A stretch of 64,000 nt of DNA from Cyanophyceae cyanobacterium (GCA_038321985.1 JBBQFN010000008.1:96001-160000), one strand, 5' to 3'; numbered from the stretch's first letter, positions 29,747 to 40,559 are shown. Notes: a model not told the origin generated them from the letters alone. Made by a program: numbers and translations.

Positions 29747-30190
29747 AATAGATGTGATTGATAATAACTAATGAACACAAATTTAGCCTAATCAAGCAAT
29801 GAGACCTTTGGGGAGCGTGGGTGATAGTCCCGCAGAGGTAAAGAAAACTGGATAACCTCAACTCTATTAAGGTTTTAGTCTGGTCCCAGGGTTAACGTAG
29901 TTGCATCCACAACCCCACGAGGGTTGTCAGCACCCGTCAAGGAGAGCAAAGCCCAGTTTGCCTCTCCCACCAGGGGGGAGAAAAATTAATGGGGGAGAAG
30001 GAAAGTAACACCAATTTTTAATGGGAATAAAGAATAACAGGGAAGGATTTCATACTGAATTTGGGTCTCGAAGGTCTATCAACACCGACCCCCGAGCCGG
30101 TGCGGCTACAGGGACCTAGCTGTGCTTCGACTGCGCTCAGCAGGCGCTTTTCAGAAAAGAAAACAGGTCTTTAGATACCCAGATTTACTA

Positions 30191-31639
30191 TCAAACTACC
30201 GACTTCAGATGCAAAGCTGCTTCTTTGAGTCGTTGGGTCCCAATTTTGATCTGAGTGATCCCCGTGGCACTTTGGGAAGCGCCCTGGTTAAGGTCGTTCA
30301 TGGCCGTGAGAACTTGTTGGATAGCATCGGCTTGTTCCTTGCTATTGAAAGATATCTCGGCAACATTGACGGAGACTTGATTGATAGCATTCCGCACTCC
30401 TTCAAAGGTCGCCGCTGTATCGCCGACAATGCGGATGCTTTCAGAAACGCTTTCGGAACTTTCGCTGCTGGCAACGACGGTAGATTTGAGGGCTTTTTCG
30501 ATGTCGGTGACTAGAGTATTAATTTTTTCGGCAGATCGATGACTTTGATCGGCTAATTTGCGAATCTCCGTAGCCACAACCCCAAATCCCTTTCCTTGCT
30601 CTCCGGCGCGGACTGCTTCTACGGCAGCATTGAGGGCCAGGACGCTGGTTTGAGTGGCTAAATCGCCAACAATTCCGGCGATCGAGCCAATTTGAGTCGC
30701 TCGTTCGCTCAATTCGTCAACCCGCGATCGCATCACGCCTACAGTTTGTTTCAGCTTTGTCATTTCCTCCAGGGTGCGATCAACTGCTTGAGTCCCGGAT
30801 CCGGTAAGGGCTAAGGCTTGTTTGGCCCCTGTAGCCGAGGCGATCGCTTGATGGGCCGCTTGAGCGGCGGAACGATTTAACTGTTGCATTACCACACTGG
30901 TTTCATGCACGGATCCAGCTTGCTGCTGGGCAATCTGTTCCTGTTCTGTGGTGGCGCTGGCAATCTGAGTGGAGGTGCTGACCAGAGTATTGATGATATC
31001 CGTCAGGGTAGCGGCGATCGCCCCTCGGATAATCGCAAAACCCAGGGGTGAACCAATCAATAAAGCCAGGGACAATAAGGGAATAAAAATAATTTGCGTG
31101 CGTTGGTACACTGCTGCTGCTTTTTCCCGTTCGTGTTGGGCAATTTCTAACTGTAAATTAATTAACTCATTGATTTTCTCCGTGAGCGGGTCGATCGCCT
31201 CGTAGAGGTAACCATTAAATTCGTTTAAAGCAGCTCGGTTATTTGACTGTAAGGCAAGTTGAAGCCGGTCAACATCGCGATCGGCACGGACAAACAATTG
31301 TTCAACTTCCCGAGCGATTCTAACCTCCTGGAGGGTGAGTTGAGTTGCCTGATAAGCCTCCCAGTTCAATTCTCTGCGCTTCATGGCGGTTCTCACCGAT
31401 TGCAGCGCCTGTTCCATCGTCCATAAACCCACATCAGCCTTGTTCACTGCATCAATCACGGCGATTCCGTAATCATCAGAAATGACCTTTAACTGCTGTA
31501 ATGGCACAACGCGATCGTCATAGATGGTCTCAACTTGTCGGTCAATATTGGCAAAAGAAATGAGGGAATAAATCCCTAATCCCGCCAGACACAGGGTAGG
31601 AATCGCGAATCCTATATAAAGCTTTCGCCCTAACCTCAT
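30191..31639 (-). CDS. Membrane MCP with four-helix-bundle sensor
   Basis: Two TM helices, ETIYDDRVVPLQQLK (4HB_MCP-type), tip [30 protein letters not shown]. Confidence 0.9.
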   Translation of the reverse strand: MRLGRKLYIGFAIPTLCLAGLGIYSLISFANIDRQVETIYDDRVVPLQQLKVISDDYGIAVIDAVNKADVGLWTMEQALQSVRTAMKRRELNWEAYQATQLTLQEVRIAREVEQLFVRADRDVDRLQLALQSNNRAALNEFNGYLYEAIDPLTEKINELINLQLEIAQHEREKAAAVYQRTQIIFIPLLSLALLIGSPLGFAIIRGAIAATLTDIINTLVSTSTQIASATTEQEQIAQQQAGSVHETSVVMQQLNRSAAQAAHQAIASATGAKQALALTGSGTQAVDRTLEEMTKLKQTVGVMRSRVDELSERATQIGSIAGIVGDLATQTSVLALNAAVEAVRAGEQGKGFGVVATEIRKLADQSHRSAEKINTLVTDIEKALKSTVVASSESSESVSESIRIVGDTAATFEGVRNAINQVSVNVAEISFNSKEQADAIQQVLTAMNDLNQGASQSATGITQIKIGTQRLKEAALHLKSVV

Positions 31640-32089
31640 AATTTATTCCTCAAATTGGGCGCGGCGCTCAGGCACTTGTAAGTCGGCACTCGCTAAGGGC
31701 TAACCGAATATTCCTTTCTGTTTCTACCTTACCCTGAACTCGATTGTTTTAGGCCAGTCCATTGTATCCATTGGTACCCCTGTCTGCTCTTTTCCACAGT
31801 CATGCTGGATACTTTAAAAGGTTTCTAGAAAAATTGCCGCCTGATCGAATCGCAAAGTCCCGGTTAAGGTTCACTCACAGTCCAGGGTTCCGGAAGGAAC
31901 AGTTAAACCAGGCGGGCAGATCCGGGGCGATCGCACTCCGGAAGAAGACGCTTGCTCACAATACTTTAGATGCGAATTTAGACGGGCGATATCACCCGTC
32001 TAAATCAGTTAGATCATTCATAAAGCACCCAAAGCCTTAGACTGTAGATGGTACCAAAATTCCCCCTACAAGATTCTACTCAGATCAGC

Positions 32090-33415
32090 CTATAGCAGAT
32101 CAAACAACTGACGAGCATCACGGTTGAGTTGTTGAAGGCGAATTTTAGCTTCGCTTAAGGTATGAGCGGTTTCTCGCGCGCTATGATAGGGAGGTTCCAA
32201 GCGCTCAAATACTTGCTGAATCGCCGTAGAGTGTTGGTGACCGGCCTTAGAGATTGCCCGAGTTTGGATTGCCAGTTCGGCGATCGCCCTCCAGATTGGC
32301 TCTACATTTTTTCGGTGTTCTTCTAGTTCAATGGGCTGCAAATTGGGTTCAATTTCCAACTCGGTCACTAGGATATTCACCTGCTGTGCAGATTTTTGGT
32401 TTTCGGTGGCTAAAGTTCGCATTTTTGTTGCCACTGCATCTAAACAGTGACAGTGAAATCCGGGTCGCTGGGACTCTACACCGACATGAAGCGCTAACAA
32501 ATTTGTTTGAGCCGCTAACTGAGTCACCCGATGCACCAGTCCATAAATTTGACCCATCTGTGCTTTAAGGGAAAGCATTTTACCTTCTATTTGAGTGACT
32601 TGAACCTGGGTAGATTCTACTTCTTGAGCATGAATACTAGCGGATTGAATTAACGTTTCCACGACAGCGCTAGTTTGACTTAAGTCCTGGGCTTGGTGAA
32701 TCAAGGTTGTTTCACTGACTAAAATGCTATGGGTTATTTCCTTTGCAGAATCTTGGAGAGAAAGGATAGGAAGGGCGACTGCCTCAGTGATTCGGTAAGC
32801 CCAGGCCGTAGAAATAGCCAGAGTCAGAATAGCTAAAGCCGTACTCCCCACCCACACCCACTCATCTAATGCCAAAATAACAGCTTGAGTGGCTGCGACG
32901 TTACCAAGCTGAAGCTGGTTTTGAAGCTCCATAAAATCATCGAGAGCTTGGCTGATTTCTAGGGAAAGATTGCGACTTTCTGCGGCTGTAAAAGCCCGAA
33001 TAGCTTGCTCTTTTTTTTGGGTTTGTGTTAAAGCCATCAAGTATCGATTGAGGGTATCGATTTGAGTTCCTAACTCTTTAATTTTATGTAAGCGAATTTG
33101 CAAATCGGAGTTTTCTAGCTGCTTTTCAAGGGATTGAATCGATTCTTCAAATAATTGAGATTCTTTTTCATATTCGACTAAAAAATCAGCTTCGGGATTG
33201 ACCAAAAAACTGGCACTATAACGCTGCATCTGGGAAAGGCCAGAAACGATGCGTTCCGAACCACTCCGGATTTGTTGTCCTGTGGCATCAGTGTACAGTT
33301 TTTGTTGGATGGCCTGGGTATGGCAGGAAACAACTGCCGCAAAGCTAAGGGATAGCAATAAGGGCACTGAATATCCAAGTAAAATGCGGGTTTTTAGTTT
33401 TAACGGGTTGAACAT
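32090..33415 (-). CDS. Divergent MCP-like membrane protein
   Basis: N-terminus parallels the MCP at 28295-29746 (MF..LKL..RI..GYS.P); two TM helices; degenerate tip QTNLLALHVGVESQRPGFHCHCLDAVATKMRTLA. Confidence 0.75.
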   Translation of the reverse strand: MFNPLKLKTRILLGYSVPLLLSLSFAAVVSCHTQAIQQKLYTDATGQQIRSGSERIVSGLSQMQRYSASFLVNPEADFLVEYEKESQLFEESIQSLEKQLENSDLQIRLHKIKELGTQIDTLNRYLMALTQTQKKEQAIRAFTAAESRNLSLEISQALDDFMELQNQLQLGNVAATQAVILALDEWVWVGSTALAILTLAISTAWAYRITEAVALPILSLQDSAKEITHSILVSETTLIHQAQDLSQTSAVVETLIQSASIHAQEVESTQVQVTQIEGKMLSLKAQMGQIYGLVHRVTQLAAQTNLLALHVGVESQRPGFHCHCLDAVATKMRTLATENQKSAQQVNILVTELEIEPNLQPIELEEHRKNVEPIWRAIAELAIQTRAISKAGHQHSTAIQQVFERLEPPYHSARETAHTLSEAKIRLQQLNRDARQLFDLL

Positions 33416-33725
33416 AGGTCCGCCGGTGCAACCAACAAAACATCTTGTTCACCATTCATTCGTTAAACCCTAGAATCCAGAATTCAGAAGGAAGAATATT
33501 TCTTTTTAACGCGCAGCAGAGGAGTTTTTGTCTAAAGGAATCTTTTGGGCTTGTGGGGCCTATGGGCCGGGTAGAGGGATTACACCTTTGGAGGCCTTTT
33601 TTAGAGAGTCCTATGCCCCCAATTTCTGATTAGATAGGGATGTTACTATCAACGGCCCCATCAGCGATCGCCAGGATATCCCCCCGGGATTGAACCCTAA
33701 CCTCAGGGCCTAAAAACTGAGTCGG

Positions 33726-34784
33726 TTAAGGTTCTTCATTCACCTCTAATTCTCCTTGGGTGAGAATTTTAGGTAGATCGAGTAAGCTCATCATTTTTTC
33801 CCGGTAAGGTGCCGTACCTCGCAGATATTCATCATTGGCGGAGTGAACGGCGGCGGGTATGGGAGCAATTTTAGAGGGGTGCAGATACATGACGTCGCAG
33901 ACTTCCTGAATGGCAATTCCCGCCACGACTTCCTCGACATGAACAACCATCACCTTACTGCCGCGAATGGCATGGGTGATAGGGAGGTTCAAACTTTGGC
34001 GAATATCGATTAAGGTGACGATTTCCCCTCGGAGGTTCATGTTACCGATGATGCGATCGGGACAGCAGGGGATCGGCGTAATCTCTCGAATATCGGTAAA
34101 TTCCCGAACCGCATTAAGATCGAGACCAAAATATTCATCGTTTAACCCGATCACGGCGATCGGCATCAATCCCGTGAAATCTTCGCCTTCGGTGGGCTTC
34201 ATTAAATTATCGGCCCGCTCTTGAAAAATTGCCATTTCTTCCTCTGAGGCATGAGGACAGAATCGGCGGTCTTTGTGAAAGAGAGTTTGGGGGAGGGGGA
34301 TATTGGTACCGTTGAGTTCGGAAATTTGGGTTTCCGGAGAATCGGCGTATTGGATTAATTGTTCTGGGTTGACCAGCATCACCAATTCTCCTAGGTTCTT
34401 GGCGACACCGCTAATGTAATGGTGAGAGGGCGTGCTGGTTTGTCGTCCGTAGGTTATTTTAGAGGCGATCGCCTCCAGGGGAATGTCTTGTACTTCATGA
34501 ACTTGATTGACGATTAGCCCAATTTTGATGCTTTGCCACTCGATCACGACGATACTATCGGTAATCTGGTAGTCGAGCGATCGCTGGAAAAACCGCAAGT
34601 TTAAATCCATGACTGGCAAAATTTCTCCTCGCAGGTTCACCACTCCCACAATGTCCCGAGGTGCTTCGTCAATCGGAGTTAACGCGGGTAAGAAAAAAAT
34701 TTCTTGCACCGCATTGGTGGTCACTCCATAGCGCGAACCATTTAAGCTAAATATCAAATAACACGGATGTTCGCTCACTTTCAT
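33726..34784 (-). CDS. cheW: Tandem (double-domain) CheW
   Basis: Two CheW motifs: TPIDEAP..IVGVVNLRGEILPVMDL and TPIPCCP..IIGNMNLRGEIVTLIDI. Confidence 0.92.
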   Translation of the reverse strand: MKVSEHPCYLIFSLNGSRYGVTTNAVQEIFFLPALTPIDEAPRDIVGVVNLRGEILPVMDLNLRFFQRSLDYQITDSIVVIEWQSIKIGLIVNQVHEVQDIPLEAIASKITYGRQTSTPSHHYISGVAKNLGELVMLVNPEQLIQYADSPETQISELNGTNIPLPQTLFHKDRRFCPHASEEEMAIFQERADNLMKPTEGEDFTGLMPIAVIGLNDEYFGLDLNAVREFTDIREITPIPCCPDRIIGNMNLRGEIVTLIDIRQSLNLPITHAIRGSKVMVVHVEEVVAGIAIQEVCDVMYLHPSKIAPIPAAVHSANDEYLRGTAPYREKMMSLLDLPKILTQGELEVNEEP

Positions 34785-36367
34785 TTCCTCCCGCTTTCTT
34801 CATGAATTTTAAGGGCTTTGATTAAATATTGTTTTAATTCAGGCAAAGTAATTTTCTCCGAATGTTCTAAGGAATAATCTTTCGGGAGCTTTTCCAGAAT
34901 ATCCAAGGCTATTTGATGCATTTTTTTTGCTCTTTTTATATCGGATTCTCGTTCATAAATTGCGGCTAGTTCTAAATAAGCCGATAAAGAAAGAGGCGCA
35001 ATATAAAGAATTCGTTTTAACCAATATTTGGCCCGTTCTAAATCTCCTTTTTCTTCCGCAATATGAGCCATAATATAGTAAGGTTGGATGGAAAGAGCAT
35101 CAATAGAAATAGCTTGCTGACAATGCTGTTCGGCTTGGCGATAATTGCCTAAATTTGCATAAATTTTAGCCATGAGGTAGTAGGCTTGAAAATGTCGAGG
35201 TTGCAATTGAATGATGTGCTGTACTGCCTGGAGCGATTCCTCCAATCGGTCAGCTTTAAAAAGAGTTTCAGCTTTAGTCAAGAGAAGATTGACATCGGAA
35301 TTTTTAACCCTAGTTTCTGGAGAGGAGGCTCTAGAACTGTAAATTTTAGGGGGAGTTTTATCACTGGTTATTTTATTCCTAACTGGCTCTAAATTCTGGG
35401 GAACGGTTAAAGGGGATGGAAACGGGACCGGGCAAGAAGTATTATAAGCCTGATAGGGAGAGAGTGGGAGCTTTACCGAAGCGTTATCCCGGCGTTGATA
35501 AACCACGGACTGGGAAAAAACCTTCGGGTTAAACTGTTCTAAATTTTGGCCGTGAAGTTCAGCGTGAGCCGTGAGCAAGTATCCTCCCGGTCTGAGAGTT
35601 TTGGCAAATTTGCCTAAAATTTCACCAATAACATGGGATTCAAAATAGACAAAGACATTCCGACAGATAATTAAATCTATGTTAGCCAGTTCACCCATCA
35701 AATCGGGAAAGCGATCGCGAGCTAAATTCCCTAGGCGAAAAGTGACGAGCTGGCGATATTTTTCCTGGATTTTCCAGTGATTCCTGCGGTGCTGGAAATA
35801 TTCCGGTAGACGTTCAGGTTCTACCATCCGAAATGACCAAGGGGTGTATAGTCCTTTTTTTGCTTGAGCAATGGACTCTTGATTAATATCGGTTCCTAAA
35901 ATAAAAAGATTCCAACTTTCCCAGTCTGGAATCAGTTTTGTAAGCAGAATTGCCAGGGAGTAGGGTTCCTCTCCCGTGGAACATCCGGCACTCCAAATTC
36001 TCAGGGAGGGTTTGGAGTTTCCGCCAGTATAACTGAGTTGGCGTTGATAGGCAATCAGTTCGGGGAGCAGGACATTTTCAAGTAACCAAAATTGGCCGCT
36101 ATCTCTAAAAAAATAACTTTCACCTGTAGTTAAAATGGTGATAAGTTCTCTCCATTCTACTTGAGCCGCGATTCCTAACCCTGTATTATTAGTCGGGTCG
36201 ATACCCTGCTCTAGTACCTTATAATAATCTTCCGGTGAAGATAATTTAAGGGCGCGGATCCGAGACCCGAGTTTACGACATAAAGCCTCCCGATCTTGAG
36301 TTCTGATTCGCAAACCCGTATAGTTAGAAATCAGTTGGACAAAAAGCTGTATTAAAATTTCATTCAT
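34781..36367 (-). CDS. cheR: CheR methyltransferase with C-terminal TPR domain (WspC-like)
   Basis: TTGESYFFRD, RIWSAGCSTGEEPYSLA, DLIICRNVFVYF; C-terminal TPR helices; overlaps the cheW start by 4 bp. Confidence 0.93.
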   Translation of the reverse strand: MNEILIQLFVQLISNYTGLRIRTQDREALCRKLGSRIRALKLSSPEDYYKVLEQGIDPTNNTGLGIAAQVEWRELITILTTGESYFFRDSGQFWLLENVLLPELIAYQRQLSYTGGNSKPSLRIWSAGCSTGEEPYSLAILLTKLIPDWESWNLFILGTDINQESIAQAKKGLYTPWSFRMVEPERLPEYFQHRRNHWKIQEKYRQLVTFRLGNLARDRFPDLMGELANIDLIICRNVFVYFESHVIGEILGKFAKTLRPGGYLLTAHAELHGQNLEQFNPKVFSQSVVYQRRDNASVKLPLSPYQAYNTSCPVPFPSPLTVPQNLEPVRNKITSDKTPPKIYSSRASSPETRVKNSDVNLLLTKAETLFKADRLEESLQAVQHIIQLQPRHFQAYYLMAKIYANLGNYRQAEQHCQQAISIDALSIQPYYIMAHIAEEKGDLERAKYWLKRILYIAPLSLSAYLELAAIYERESDIKRAKKMHQIALDILEKLPKDYSLEHSEKITLPELKQYLIKALKIHEESGRK

Positions 36368-36769
36368 TTATTTATTTATAGATACCTTGAGACGCCAACT
36401 AGGATTGAAAAACTCAGCCTTTATTCTGGGAAACAGGCTAAGGGACGGGGAAAGGCGATAACAATTTCACCTTGAGGCGCACCGAGATCGAGTTCGATTC
36501 AAAATGAAACCATTCCCATTTTGCCCTGGGTCCCGGAGGATTAGTAGGGACTGGATGGGAGCGAAGAATCCGGTAACCCTCCTGTTCCTTTGTTATAGCT
36601 GTTTTCTGGCAATTCGTACCAAACCTAAATTGAGCCTGGACTCGACTGCCTTCTAGAATGTGGGAGTCTTGGGCTGTTAATGGGGGGTATAGATCACACA
36701 GGACCTTGGAGTAAAGTGGAGGGTGGCAATTGGACGAGAAACCGAGGCGGCGATCGCCCAGGGAGTCCG

Positions 36770-38089
36770 TTACGCTAGAGCGGGAAAGCCCCGGTCGGAA
36801 AGGGGGTCCGAGCGATCGTAGCCTTTAAGGTATTTTTCAACCATTTGGATCACCTTTTCACCCTCGGGGGGCTTACTGAGAAAATCGGAGGCTCCATTTA
36901 ATTTAGCCCGGGTGCGGTCAATAATCCCATCCTGACTGGTGAGGATAACAATCGGTGTCTCCCGAAATAGGGTACTTTGTCGTAAAAAATTGCAAAGATT
37001 ATAGCCATTTGTCTGGGGCATGACCAGATCTAAAAAGATAAAATCCGGTTTTTTCTCCGCGAGAATGGCAACCCCTTGCATGGGCTCATGAATGGCGATC
37101 ATATCGTAGCCGGCGGGTTCAAGGATACGAGCCAGAACCTCTGCAACCAGAGGACTATCATCAACACAAGCGATCAATGGTTTTTTTGCAGTCACCGCAG
37201 CGCGAACGATGCGCCACTGTTCCAGGGGGGAAGGCCAATCAGACACGGTTTGTAGAGAGATTTTGCCCTGTTCTACGAAATGATGTAAGGTTCGAGTCAC
37301 CCCAACGATGGACTGCTTACGCTCGATCGCCAGGTCCCAAATTGTATTTTCACCGTTGAAGAGGGTGTTGAGGGTTAAAAATGACTCAGAACTGACTTGT
37401 TGTTTTAACGCAGTGGGATGGCTTAAGACCGGAGACTGGTCGGGGCTAAGATAGTGTAATCCTAGTTTTTCCCACTGTTCCCACATCTGTTCGGCTTTTT
37501 GAAAAACCTGAGCTACATCTAGCGCGGATAATGAAATACTGCCCGGGACCTCTAATAAATCCAGGGGGCGGGGCTGCCAATGGGCCCTGACTTGGGCATA
37601 GGTTGCCAAGTTAAAGAAGGCTTCTAAGGTAGCGGTCCGAATCAGCGCTTTAGCATGAGTGGGACTGAGCAGATGTTGTTCCATCCCCGTTTGCAGGAGT
37701 TGAAATTCCCAGGGTTCTCCTTCGCGGACATCTTTGGGATCGACAACAAATTTGGGGGAGTGTTGTCGCAACGCTCTGGACCACCGGCGGACCCGGTGAA
37801 GGCTTTCGGTGATGTAAAATAATCGGCCTTTAACCAAGTAAAAGAGCCATTGGCGATCGCCAAGGGTGGGCGAAGCGCGGTCCTGGGGGGAGGGAGTGGA
37901 TTGTGCAGCAGTGCGGGGGCGACTTCTGGACGGGGCGAGATCGCCCGGGGACTTGTGTCCTGGCGCAGGGCTCTGGGAAAATCCGGTGTCTTCCCCTACG
38001 CCGATGAGCCATGTCCCCGTCGCTTTTTGCTGCATCAGTGCGGCTAGCTCACCAGCAATCTTTGCACAGCCGAAAGACTCCAATCTCAT
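36770..38089 (-). CDS. PatA-family response regulator (PATAN/DUF4388-like N-terminus + C-terminal REC)
   Basis: ATGTW...WLFYLVKGRLFY...HRVRRWSR N-terminus; REC IACVDDS...FLDLVMP..NGY...LSKP. Confidence 0.88.
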   Translation of the reverse strand: MRLESFGCAKIAGELAALMQQKATGTWLIGVGEDTGFSQSPAPGHKSPGDLAPSRSRPRTAAQSTPSPQDRASPTLGDRQWLFYLVKGRLFYITESLHRVRRWSRALRQHSPKFVVDPKDVREGEPWEFQLLQTGMEQHLLSPTHAKALIRTATLEAFFNLATYAQVRAHWQPRPLDLLEVPGSISLSALDVAQVFQKAEQMWEQWEKLGLHYLSPDQSPVLSHPTALKQQVSSESFLTLNTLFNGENTIWDLAIERKQSIVGVTRTLHHFVEQGKISLQTVSDWPSPLEQWRIVRAAVTAKKPLIACVDDSPLVAEVLARILEPAGYDMIAIHEPMQGVAILAEKKPDFIFLDLVMPQTNGYNLCNFLRQSTLFRETPIVILTSQDGIIDRTRAKLNGASDFLSKPPEGEKVIQMVEKYLKGYDRSDPLSDRGFPALA

Positions 38090-38245
38090 AAGTAGCCGCT
38101 CTTGAGTCGATTTTCAATCACTAAGTTAGCCGGTTTTGAGAATTTTTCACATCAGTATATTTCCCGATCCCTTCTCTGGGGCGAAGCGACATCCCTAAGA
38201 CTGTGCCGGTAAATGGTTTACTCGGCCTGGTTTCGGGGGTTCCCA

Positions 38246-38261
38246 GGTGAGTCACTTCACA
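38246..38261 (-). promoter_or_regulatory. Candidate CRP-type binding site upstream of the PatA-like gene
   Basis: TGTGA-AGTGAC-TCACC on the minus strand, 9/10 to TGTGA-N6-TCACA. Confidence 0.35.
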
Positions 38262-38275
38262 GACTGGAGGGAGAT

Positions 38276-40432
38276 TTACGGTTTGAATTTCTGGGCTATT
38301 TCAGGACTGTATAGCCGTAGATAATTCCAGTAGTTCTCAAAAACGTGCTTGACGTACCCTTTGGTTTCTGGGAAAGGGATCTTTTCGGCAAATTCATCGG
38401 GATCGTTGAATCCAAATTCATCGATCCAAGAGCTGACATTAGTGGGTCCAGCATTATAACTCGCCACAGCTAACATCGAGTTATCTTTATACTGACCATG
38501 AGTAAAATCTAGATACCAAGTACCGATTTTAATATTATCCTTGGGTACTTCTAGATTGTAATTTTTGAGACCGATACTTTGAGCGGCCCAAGAAGCAGTC
38601 TCTGGCATGACCTGCATCAACCCGACCGCACCGACTGAAGACCGGATTTTTGGCATAAATCGGGACTCTTGGCGCATTAATGCGGTGACCAACAAGGGAT
38701 TCATTTTTTCTTCTTTAGCCGAACTCTGAATCAGATCGCTATATGGAAAGGGAAAAAGCGCCTCCCAATAATGAGGTTGTTGCTTAAGTTGTTTGTACTC
38801 CTCTTGCTCTTCAGGTTTGTCTCGCCCGCTCAAATTCGACAACATAAAAAGTCCATCCAGGTTATCTCCGACTGCGAGGCGAATTAACCCATCCGTAAAT
38901 TGCTCGGGGACCGAAGGTTCCCTGCGATTTGTAAATTCCACTTGCCAGAGGGTCCAGGCATCTTGATTTTGACCTAGACGGTAAAGTTCTTTCAGGACGT
39001 TGGACCCGGCAGGGACTTCGATGCGCTCAGTTTGACTAACACTCACTGGAGAGAGAGAACGTACGGTGGTAAAGTCTCCCACATCCCACCCTAACAAAAC
39101 TGCCGATCGCCACGCATAATAGGATTCGGAATATTTAAACAGAACGTTTTCGTAGCTTTCCCGAGCTTCCTGGCTCAACCCCAGACGTTGCGCCCATTTT
39201 CCAGCCCAAAAACCGGCTTCCGGAGCTAGTTCGCTATCGGGGTTTTCCTGAACCAGTTGTGACGCCCACTGACGAGCCTCCTCGAAATTGTTAAGGGCGA
39301 CGCTTTGCTGAGCTAAACTCCATCGCAATTCGGCGGCTCCTTCGGAATTGCTATACTCACTGAGCACCTTCTCTCGGGCTTCTTTAGCAGCACTGCGACT
39401 GCCCAGGTCATCCAATGCTTTTGATCGCGCCCAGAGTGCTGCCCCTGCTTTGTCAGGGAAACGGGTCGCCAGTTCGTCAATATAAGTAATGGCTTCCTTA
39501 GGTTCTAGGATGCTGATCAGTCGTTCTAACCCCATCCCTGCTTCTTCACTGTCAGGAAAGTCTACAAAGAGACGTTTGTAAGCTAAGATGGCCCCGTTGT
39601 TGTCCCCAGAAAGCTGACGTCCTCTACCCAGACGGTAAGCACTTTCTGGGTTCCAGGTGGCGAGAGCGTAGGCTTCTCCGCCTTTACCGTACTCTTGTTT
39701 TTCCCAATACCCAAAGGCGACTGCTTCCCAATCTTGCGGAGTCAGGCGATCGGGATATTGAGTGGTCAGTTTTTGGAGATAAGATTTGTAGTTGTCTAAG
39801 TAAAAACCGTGGTTGGCGATCGGCAATAATAAATCCAGACGAGTCGGATTTTCTTTTAACCGGGCTTGAGCGATTTCCATACTCTTGGGGTGAGCCGGGA
39901 ATTTCTGCACCGCTTGGTCCCAATATTGCGGGTCCCTTTTACCCCACGCATAAAGTGCCTCTACAATCACCGGGGAATCGGGATGCTTTTCCAGCAATTG
40001 TGCCCAAGTCTCCCGAGCTTTCTCGCCATTTGAGGTCAGTTCATAGGCACTAGCGCGTTTGAACAAAATATAAGGGGCCAGCAGCCCGTAATCCTTTTCG
40101 AGGTCATGGAGCCATTCAAGGGCTTCTTCCCCTTGCCCTTGTTCCAGTAAATCGTTCGCCAACAGATAACGAGCTTGCTGGCGATCTTCCCCCTTCCCAT
40201 TGGCGGCTAAATCTTTTAACTGACTCGCTCGTTGCTCGGGCGGAATCATTACTAAAGGTTTCACCGCCGACTGGTGCTCTAGCTTTCCCCCAAGGGTTAG
40301 CACTTTTGGAGTTTTCTGACTCCATTCAACCCATTTATTCAGGGGTACAGCAGCACCGACTAACAAAATCCATAACCCGATGCCAACGGCTATAGACACT
40401 TTGTTGGATCTTTGTTTTTTTCTAAACATCAA
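38276..40432 (-). CDS. slt: Soluble lytic transglycosylase (TPR + SLT domain)
   Basis: ALMRQESRF, AVGLMQVMP, ASYNAGP and ETKGYVK motifs. Confidence 0.93.
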   Translation of the reverse strand: MMFRKKQRSNKVSIAVGIGLWILLVGAAVPLNKWVEWSQKTPKVLTLGGKLEHQSAVKPLVMIPPEQRASQLKDLAANGKGEDRQQARYLLANDLLEQGQGEEALEWLHDLEKDYGLLAPYILFKRASAYELTSNGEKARETWAQLLEKHPDSPVIVEALYAWGKRDPQYWDQAVQKFPAHPKSMEIAQARLKENPTRLDLLLPIANHGFYLDNYKSYLQKLTTQYPDRLTPQDWEAVAFGYWEKQEYGKGGEAYALATWNPESAYRLGRGRQLSGDNNGAILAYKRLFVDFPDSEEAGMGLERLISILEPKEAITYIDELATRFPDKAGAALWARSKALDDLGSRSAAKEAREKVLSEYSNSEGAAELRWSLAQQSVALNNFEEARQWASQLVQENPDSELAPEAGFWAGKWAQRLGLSQEARESYENVLFKYSESYYAWRSAVLLGWDVGDFTTVRSLSPVSVSQTERIEVPAGSNVLKELYRLGQNQDAWTLWQVEFTNRREPSVPEQFTDGLIRLAVGDNLDGLFMLSNLSGRDKPEEQEEYKQLKQQPHYWEALFPFPYSDLIQSSAKEEKMNPLLVTALMRQESRFMPKIRSSVGAVGLMQVMPETASWAAQSIGLKNYNLEVPKDNIKIGTWYLDFTHGQYKDNSMLAVASYNAGPTNVSSWIDEFGFNDPDEFAEKIPFPETKGYVKHVFENYWNYLRLYSPEIAQKFKP

Positions 40433-40559
40433 GTTTCCCCGTCCCTGAGCTGCAACAGCCTTATTTTAATTTTTTCGGTGAGCATTTGGCGGTTCGAGTC
40501 AAATAAATTGACCCAACAATGAGTCTATCTGGGGTTGCCCCCAAGGGGTTTGTGCGGAC

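Noticed and set aside
30122..30146. 'cttcgactgcgctcag' short repeat-like motif between MCP genes
   Set aside because: Resembles a dispersed short-repeat family, but only one copy is seen here and nothing further supports it.
31840..31900. 'cgcaaagtcccggttaagg' resembling a c-di-GMP-I riboswitch
   Set aside because: No upstream GGCAAA/GAAA element, and it is on the strand opposite the flanking MCP genes.
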